Shown here one piece after another: positions 57,660 to 64,000 of a DNA stretch of 64,000 nt. Each line of letters opens with the position of its first letter. The stretch's first letter is position 1. The notes beneath the pieces were generated by a model that was not told the DNA's origin, did no database searches, and was given only the letters and a program-made list of their open reading frames with translations. The position numbers and the translations under genes are program-made. The DNA comes from Planctomycetota bacterium (GTDB taxonomy: Bacteria; Planctomycetota; B15-G4): assembly GCA_965248575.1 (NCBI GenBank), contig CBDFJQ010000002.1:3616001-3680000 (forward strand). Reading direction: 5' to 3'.

Positions 57660-58580
57660 CTAGGGACAGTTCAGTGTGTCCACGACGACTGAGCTGGCTC
57701 CGTCGGTGTCGCAGTCATCGGAATTGCTGAGAGCGGCACATCCCAGCACGGCTGACTCGCGGCTCCGGATCCCATCCAACCCGTTGTTGAACGCAGAGCT
57801 ATGGGCCAGGACGCTGCCCTGTTCGACGGCGAAGCCATCTGTGCCATTGCCCGAAGAGACGCACTCGCTGATGACCGTCTGTAGGACACCTGCTCCCGAG
57901 GTCAAGCTGAAACCCCACTCAGCATTGCTTGTTGCAACGCATCCCCGCAGAACACTCGACGGATTCGGCACGAAGCCACGTAGATTGAAAGAGGACACCG
58001 TGTTGACGATCGTTCCCCGACCCGAAGTGATGACTCCTTGGCTAGCGTTACCCTGTGAGATGCAGCTTGCGATCGTGCACCCCACGCCGACAAAGATGCC
58101 GTTTCGACCCGACCTCATGACGCGCAGCTTCTCGAAGCTGCTGTAGGTTGCTGCCGTGACCTGCCCACCAATGCCATCGCGGCCCCAGTCGACGAGCCCT
58201 CCGTTGAACACGGCGATGTTCTCATGCGGCCCGCCGTCAAAGTTGATGCCGTCCAGAGAGCCAGGGACGCCGAGCAGGCTGAATCCATTCAGGTCGATGG
58301 TGACATTGCTGGACTCGATCGAAATCCCGCTTTCGCCAGCCATGCCTGTCAACGTCCTCGTCAGGAAGTAGCTGCCGCTCTTGTCGATCGTGAAGGGTAG
58401 GGAAGAGATGGGTGTGCGTGGGTCACACTTTGCAAAGATCGCCCGGCCTTGGAGACCCGTGGGTTGGGGTGCCGCGACCAGTGCTTGGGGCGTCATGCTG
58501 GTGAGCAGGAACAGGCAGCAGGTGACAGTTGCCCCGGCCGCCATCCAGGCACCACGGAAATCATGAACAGGGTTCTTCAT
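57660..58580 (-). CDS. Secreted right-handed parallel beta-helix protein
   Basis: PRTPISSLPFTIDKSGSYFLT, NVTIDLNGFSL and repeated C.S.GN...G turns; GGGAGA RBS. Confidence 0.8.
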   Translation of the reverse strand: MKNPVHDFRGAWMAAGATVTCCLFLLTSMTPQALVAAPQPTGLQGRAIFAKCDPRTPISSLPFTIDKSGSYFLTRTLTGMAGESGISIESSNVTIDLNGFSLLGVPGSLDGINFDGGPHENIAVFNGGLVDWGRDGIGGQVTAATYSSFEKLRVMRSGRNGIFVGVGCTIASCISQGNASQGVITSGRGTIVNTVSSFNLRGFVPNPSSVLRGCVATSNAEWGFSLTSGAGVLQTVISECVSSGNGTDGFAVEQGSVLAHSSAFNNGLDGIRSRESAVLGCAALSNSDDCDTDGASSVVVDTLNCP

Positions 58581-58795
58581 TTACATCTCCCGTCGTTTTT
58601 ATGGAATGGCGCCACTCTCGCCAGTGAGTGTCCAAGTCCTCCTCCTCCCGTTCCTCTAAGGAGCGCGAAACCCAGGCTCTCCGGACAGCCAATTCTGCTT
58701 TACCGAGTTGAGACCACTCTCAGTTCACGCAGGAGGTTCTCTGCGATTGGCGAAAGAACATCGAACGCCCCGACCATAGCACGCATTACACCCGC

Positions 58796-60082
58796 CTACC
58801 GGCTCAAGAACTCATACCCCAGTGTGTACGCCGTGCGCATGTTGTTCATGCCGTCGACGATGAAGTACGCCAGGATGCACACTTGCTCGCGGTCCTCGTT
58901 GAAGATCTGGGTGTACTCCGTGGTTCCCTGCTTCAGGTTCGCGCTGAGCTTCCACCCGGGAGGCAGGTTGAGCGCAAGCGTGTCACGAAGTTCGTTGTAC
59001 TTCTGACGCACGGTTGCAGAGCTCTCGTCTTGGGCCAGCCACGCTTGGTGCCTGCGCGGTCCGTTGTCCCGGTCGGGCTGGATGATGAAGGAGGCGATGG
59101 CACCCGGAAACGGTGACGCGTTGTAGAAGGTCCCTCGCCGGAACGCTTCCTGGTAGCCCTTGGGCATGTCCCGGCTTGGGATCTCGCTGAGCTCAATCGA
59201 CGCAAACGACGACTTGGCTGCCTCCCCGAAGTCACGGATTGCGATCCAGGTGTCGTTCTCTGGGAAGGCCTCTTCGACCGCCCGGCCTTCGAGCGAACCC
59301 TCTGCCCGGCCAACAGATGCTTGCAGTTTCTCGCGATCCTCCGGACTCAGCGTTGAAGGAAGGACATCGATCAAAGCGACCAGGGTCTCAAGATCACTCA
59401 AGGCAGCCGTGTTCCTGTGCTGGATTCCGGCTGCCTCCAGCTCGAGTGTGGCGATCAACTCCGTCTGCGCAAGTTGTGCGCTTTCCAGCTCGGCGAGCTT
59501 CGCCTGTTGCTCCGCGACTTGCGACGAGAGCTCATCCCGATCATCGCTGAGCGCTTCGCGAACTGTCGTGATCTCATCCAGGTCACGTTGGGTCTCGATT
59601 TGCGTCCACTCGGCGGCGCTGGTTGCTTGCCGCGCCTCTTCAAGCTTCTGGAGCGCTTCTTCCCGCTTGTCGTTCGCGTCGGCAAGTTTTCGTTCAGCCT
59701 GCCTCAGTTCTTCGACAGCCTTGGAGTGGTCTGCCCTCGCATCCTGGATGTCCTGCTGCAAGCTAGCTTGAGCCAGCGCCAGGCCTTCGTTTGAGCTGGA
59801 GAGCAGCTCCGTCTTCAACTCCAGCGCAGTGACGGCACTGGCTTGCTCTTGGTACTGGTTCACCAGCCGGGCCGACTCAGCACGCTGCGCGTCCAGCTCT
59901 TCGACGTAAGCCCGACGTTGAAAGCTCAGCGCGACCAGCGCAACGATCAGTGTGGCCACTTGAAACCAGGTGCTGGCTCTCTTGAACCATGGCTTGCGAA
60001 GCGCTTCCACTTCGTGCCGGAGCTTCTCGCTCAAGAGTGTCTGTTCGCTCTGCGGATGCTCCTGCGTGGGTTCCTTCTCCAC
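58796..60082 (-). CDS. Membrane-anchored coiled-coil protein with C-terminal globular domain
   Basis: One TM (FQVATLIVALVAL) followed by ~200 aa of heptad E/Q/L/A-rich sequence; GTG start with AAAGGGG RBS. Confidence 0.65.
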   Translation of the reverse strand: MEKEPTQEHPQSEQTLLSEKLRHEVEALRKPWFKRASTWFQVATLIVALVALSFQRRAYVEELDAQRAESARLVNQYQEQASAVTALELKTELLSSSNEGLALAQASLQQDIQDARADHSKAVEELRQAERKLADANDKREEALQKLEEARQATSAAEWTQIETQRDLDEITTVREALSDDRDELSSQVAEQQAKLAELESAQLAQTELIATLELEAAGIQHRNTAALSDLETLVALIDVLPSTLSPEDREKLQASVGRAEGSLEGRAVEEAFPENDTWIAIRDFGEAAKSSFASIELSEIPSRDMPKGYQEAFRRGTFYNASPFPGAIASFIIQPDRDNGPRRHQAWLAQDESSATVRQKYNELRDTLALNLPPGWKLSANLKQGTTEYTQIFNEDREQVCILAYFIVDGMNNMRTAYTLGYEFLSR

Positions 60083-60161
60083 GGCGTTCCCCTTTCTTGT
60101 TCCCTCAGGACAGAGACGCGGCCGGAGGTCACCTTCGCCTTCGTTCCCCTCAGCTCCCGAC

Positions 60162-60581
60162 CTACGGAACCAGGATCTCTACGGTCTGCCCCGCCTGTAC
60201 GGGCAGCCCAACGACGCTCGTGCCCATCACGGTCAACTCCAAGCCTGGGATGGCCGGGATGCTGAACGAGATCGTGCCGTGAGCATTCGTCGTTCCCAGT
60301 GCAACGACTGGACCGCTTGGAGCCGTGATGACGACGTTGTAGCTGGGTGAGGTACCGGCGATCTTGACGAGCAGCGGAAGGCGGAGGGTTTCGCCTGGTG
60401 CAGTGCCTAGGGTCCCGAGAGGTGAGGCGGGCGCCTTCGGCGGGGAGGGACCAATACCGCCGCCGCCCCCGGATGCAATGAAGGACGGTCGTGTGCCGCC
60501 GGACGTGGCGGGGGCAAGGCTAACGAGCAGGGCGAGCGCCAATGCGCGCCATAGCTTCCGAGGTGTGGCGAGGGGCTTCAC
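60162..60581 (-). CDS. Small secreted protein (Gly/Pro linker plus small beta-sandwich)
   Basis: GTG start overlapping the upstream stop (GTGA); signal peptide RKLWRALALALLVSLAPA. Confidence 0.55.
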   Translation of the reverse strand: MKPLATPRKLWRALALALLVSLAPATSGGTRPSFIASGGGGGIGPSPPKAPASPLGTLGTAPGETLRLPLLVKIAGTSPSYNVVITAPSGPVVALGTTNAHGTISFSIPAIPGLELTVMGTSVVGLPVQAGQTVEILVP

Positions 60582-61351
60582 GAGCTGGGCCTCTGCGAGG
60601 AGGGCGAGGGACCAGGGAGGGACAAGTGCTGGACCACTTCGCTGAGATCGAGTCCGAACTGAGTCGCCAGCCATGGCGCCTCGTCGACGATCAGTCTGGA
60701 CAAGTATGCAGAATCATCGACCCCTTCCAAGGCGGCCCGGAGACGGGCGGCGGATTCACGGAACTCTGATCCCATTTCCATCCAAGCTTGTGCAGTCAAG
60801 CGGTTGAAAGCTGCAAGGGGAAGACTTTTGCCGCTCGTCAGCAGAGTGTTTCCAACTTGCGCCGTTTGCTCGTACTGAGCCAAGAGGAGAAGGACCGTCT
60901 GTCGCTCCTCTTGCGCAACTTGATACCACGACGGCGACAGCGCTTGATCGAGCAGGATCTCAAAGCGTTCAGCCGACTCCTCGATACCTCCGTCAGCTCG
61001 GACGCATTGCGCGCGAAGGAACTGAAGCCGTGGTGACTCACCTTCGACCCCTACTCCCAGGTCCAAGCAAGCATGAGCGCACGCAAGCGCCGACTCGCTG
61101 GAGGGGTCAGCCAACGGCAGCTCATCCTTTGCCAGCGTCAGTCCAACGCGGGCTTCAAGGACCAACAGGTCCGAGTAGAGGGCCGAAATCGGCTTCGGGT
61201 CCTCGAACCATCGGATGTTCCGAGTCTTGGTCTCCGCAGCCATGGACCAGCAGCGTCGCGCCATCTGATACGCCACCCGCGCCAGCGCATCCTGACCAGC
61301 CACCTTGCCGACACGCACCAAACGTTCGAGCAACAGATCGTGCGCAGTCAT
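60578..61351 (-). CDS. Helical/TPR-like hypothetical protein
   Basis: 257-aa ORF with ATGA overlap upstream and TPR-like spacing (FLRAQCVRADGGIEESAERFE; LLLLAQYEQTAQ). Confidence 0.6.
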   Translation of the reverse strand: MTAHDLLLERLVRVGKVAGQDALARVAYQMARRCWSMAAETKTRNIRWFEDPKPISALYSDLLVLEARVGLTLAKDELPLADPSSESALACAHACLDLGVGVEGESPRLQFLRAQCVRADGGIEESAERFEILLDQALSPSWYQVAQEERQTVLLLLAQYEQTAQVGNTLLTSGKSLPLAAFNRLTAQAWMEMGSEFRESAARLRAALEGVDDSAYLSRLIVDEAPWLATQFGLDLSEVVQHLSLPGPSPSSQRPSS

Positions 61352-62013
61352 GGCGAACCTCCTTCCAGCTCCTTCTCGATCGCCTGGTCCAGGCGCTCCA
61401 TGGCTTCGAGCAGCAGCGACTCCACATCGGCTACAGGGATCGACAGTTCCTTGGCGACCTCTTCATTGCCGAGACCGTCCATCTGGCTAGCACGGAGCAC
61501 TCGGCGGTGGGGGAGGTCTAGCCGGTGCAAGCAAATGTGCGTTGCACGGGCGTGGATTTCGGCGGGGCCGTCCAGCAGTTGGGGCTTGCCGTCGGCATCC
61601 CAGCGCACGGGGCCGGTGGGGTCGGACACCCTCGACAGCGCGATGTCACGCACCCGGGTTTCGGCCTGTGAACGCATGGAGGAGTCAGCCCGAGTGAGAA
61701 AGCCAGGCGCGTCGTCCCGGAGCGGCGCGACGTCCACGAACAGGGCTTCGTAGAAGGCGACGACCAACTCGTCTGGGTCCTCGGCTAGTCCGATGTCGCG
61801 CGCGATTTGGGCGGCCAAGCGTGAAAGGCGGCGCCCGGCGAGGTCTACCAGGAGCTCATAAGCAGCAATGTCGCTTGTCGCTTGGAAACGCCTGACCAGC
61901 AGGTCGGCGGCGCGCTCGAGTTGCAGGTCATCGTCAACGTTCAGCTCGGGCAGACCCGGAACTTCCGACGCACCAAACACATCGTGCAGGCGTTCGAGGA
62001 AGTCCTCCTGCAT
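61348..62013 (-). CDS. Degenerate ECF sigma-factor-like protein
   Basis: Region-2-like (RFQATSDIAAYELLV...DPDELV..FY) and region-4-like (CLHRLDLPHRRVL...DGLGNEEVAKELSIPVADVESLL..A.ERL) segments; ATG 62013 with GGAGCG upstream. Confidence 0.65.
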   Translation of the reverse strand: MQEDFLERLHDVFGASEVPGLPELNVDDDLQLERAADLLVRRFQATSDIAAYELLVDLAGRRLSRLAAQIARDIGLAEDPDELVVAFYEALFVDVAPLRDDAPGFLTRADSSMRSQAETRVRDIALSRVSDPTGPVRWDADGKPQLLDGPAEIHARATHICLHRLDLPHRRVLRASQMDGLGNEEVAKELSIPVADVESLLLEAMERLDQAIEKELEGGSP

Positions 62014-62193
62014 GTCCCGCGCTCCGCGCCCCTTGGTGATGAACGGTGATCCGACGACTGGACCAGCATCTACGAGCAATGGCTGGGCATGATTCACGAA
62101 TCCTGCTTTCGGCCCGTCACGCCATGCTCCCACCGACCAGCGAGCCTAAGTTGGCTCCTGGCGCACGTCAACGTCCGCGTATGGCGGCGCACC

Positions 62194-62475
62194 TTAGTGT
62201 TGTGAGACTGCGGTGCATGTCGCTGACTCGGAACGGTCATTCTTGACGGCCGGCAGTGTGGCGGGTCTTCGCGGTCTAGGTCGCTCATCCAGAAAGCCCA
62301 CACCCCCAGCGAACTGCTCCGAACGCTCATGGACGTGCGTTGGAAAACCGTTCTGCGGCCCAGTCCTCAGAACGCCGAGCGAACAAACACCGCCGACGGT
62401 CAAGACATCCGCATGAAGCGTGGGTCTGAGAGCGCACAAGGATGCGCAGACCAGCAAGGTCTTGATGGGGTGCAT
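62194..62475 (-). pseudogene. Possible truncated secreted-protein gene remnant
   Basis: Signal-peptide-like MHPIKTLLVCASLCALRPTLHA-DVLTVGG, after which the sequence no longer looks protein-like. Confidence 0.25.
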
Positions 62476-62707
62476 GAGTCGCCCACCCGTGGTGCTGGCT
62501 TGGATCCCGTGCCAGTCAGTTTGCTCGCAGTTCTCGGTTGCTGGGCAGCGAGAGGCTCCGCCCCCCCGATCCCGACCACCGATGGCGACTGTGTCGATCC
62601 CGAGGCGGCCCGCCGTGGAATCGCACGGCGAGCGCTGTCGAACACCCCACTCTCCGCAATTCTGCGGATGGCAGCCCGGATCGATGGGCGGTATGCAAGC
62701 CTATGTC

Positions 62708-64000
62708 ATGCACGAACAGACCCACGGCCACTCAGCCCTCGCGCTCGACGAGCTGCAGGCGGCGCCTGTCGCCAGCGAATGCACTGGCACTGGCGCTGAC
62801 GCTGACGCTGACACCGACGCTGAGGGGGCGACCGCCGACCGGCTGACCATCGCCCAGTGGAAGACGCACCTGGCCCAGTACGAAAAGCCCTCGCGTTGGC
62901 GGGCGACGGTTCAGATCGTCGACACGCTCGGGCCCTACATCCTGGTCTGGTACGCGATGTACCTCAGCATGGGCGTGTCGTGGTGGCTCACGATCCCGCT
63001 CGCGGCGTTGTCGGGCCTGCTGATCATCCGCGTCTTCATCATCTTCCACGACTGCGGGCACGGCTCGTACTTCCGCTCGCACCTGGCCAACGACATCACC
63101 GGCTTCATCGCTGGGATGCTGAGCTTCACACCCTATTACCACTGGCGTTGGCAGCACGGCCTGCACCACGCGACCGCCGGCGACCTCGACCGGCGCGGCA
63201 CCGGCGACATCTGGACCATGACCGTGCAGGAGTACCTCGAGTCCGGCCTCTGGAAACGCTTCGCCTACAAGCTGTCGCGCAATCCCATCGTGCTGTTCGT
63301 GATCGCGCCGCTGTTCTTGTTCGTGTTCCGGCAGCGCATCCCGTCGCGCCGGGCCAGCCCCCGTGAGCGCCGCTCGGTGTGGTGGATGAATCTCGCCCTG
63401 GCCGGCATGGTCACGGTGTTGAGCCTGGTCTTCGGCTTCGTCCCGTACCTGTTCATCCAGCTCACGGCCAGCGTGGTGACAGGTGCCGCCGGTGTCTGGC
63501 TCTTCTACGTGCAGCACCAGTTCGAGGACGCCTACTGGGAACGCGGCGACGACTGGGACTACACGGTGGCCGCGCTCCAGGGCAGTTCGTACTACAAGTT
63601 GCCGGCCCCGCTGCGCTGGCTCTCGGGCAACATCGGCTTCCACCACGTGCACCACCTCAGCAGCCGCATCCCCAACTACCACCTCGAGGCGTGTCACGAC
63701 TCACACCCCCTGTTTCAGCAGGTCAAACCCGTCACCCTGCTGGCGAGCTGGCGCACGATGTTCCTGAAACTCTGGGACGAGCGCGGACGCAAGCTGGTGG
63801 GCTTCCGGCATGCGCGGGCCCAGCGCCGCGAGAACGCAGCACGCGCCCGGGATGCAAAGCGGGATGCAAAGCGGACCGCTCAGGCCGACGCCCCGTTGTC
63901 TGCGGGGGCCTCGCACGGCGAGCACGCTGACGCGACCCGTCCGCATGGGCAGAACCAGAGTGAGCGTCGTGTCCGCGCGAACGGGGTTCACGTGCACGCT
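62708..64000 (+). CDS. des: Fatty acid (acyl-lipid) desaturase, 3'-partial (absent from the ORF track because there is no stop in the window)
   Basis: Read manually from ATG 62708: His boxes FHDCGHGS, WQHGLHH, FYVQHQFE and GFHHVHHL. The frame is open to 64000. Confidence 0.92.
   Translation, partial: MHEQTHGHSALALDELQAAPVASECTGTGADADADTDAEGATADRLTIAQWKTHLAQYEKPSRWRATVQIVDTLGPYILVWYAMYLSMGVSWWLTIPLAALSGLLIIRVFIIFHDCGHGSYFRSHLANDITGFIAGMLSFTPYYHWRWQHGLHHATAGDLDRRGTGDIWTMTVQEYLESGLWKRFAYKLSRNPIVLFVIAPLFLFVFRQRIPSRRASPRERRSVWWMNLALAGMVTVLSLVFGFVPYLFIQLTASVVTGAAGVWLFYVQHQFEDAYWERGDDWDYTVAALQGSSYYKLPAPLRWLSGNIGFHHVHHLSSRIPNYHLEACHDSHPLFQQVKPVTLLASWRTMFLKLWDERGRKLVGFRHARAQRRENAARARDAKRDAKRTAQADAPLSAGASHGEHADATRPHGQNQSERRVRANGVHVHA

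Overview
High-GC bacterial chromosome window with about 43 genes, probably from a Planctomycetota member. That taxon is an inference from the ECF sigma/Ser-Thr kinase pairs, BlaI/BlaR1, several sulfatase-fold lipoproteins and large secreted propeller proteins. The core genes are partial priA, cystathionine beta-synthase, tsaD-carA-deoxyhypusine-synthase-like, malic enzyme, split transketolase, a class I aminotransferase, tRNA-Leu(GAG), initiator tRNA-Met and a fatty acid desaturase running off the right end. Two accessory blocks look lower in GC by eye. The first (~26.9-31.9 kb) holds an SBBP propeller gene and a YCF48/BNR-repeat gene frameshifted in a C8 tract. The second (~52.6-62.5 kb, after tRNA-fMet) holds a methyltransferase, a GIY-YIG/LEM-3-like nuclease, a 14-repeat TolB-like propeller, a beta-helix protein, a coiled-coil protein and a translationally coupled trio of degenerate sigma-like protein, TPR-like protein and small secreted protein. 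The best novelty candidates are that trio, an exported pseudo-caspase/PEGA/TPR/beta-helix lipoprotein, two Thr-type non-canonical 'sulfatases', an amidotransferase-less Rieske-GltS/MBL operon and an abundant-looking acidic surface protein. No CRISPR array, integrase or transposase was seen. All family assignments come from motif recognition by eye, not from database searches.
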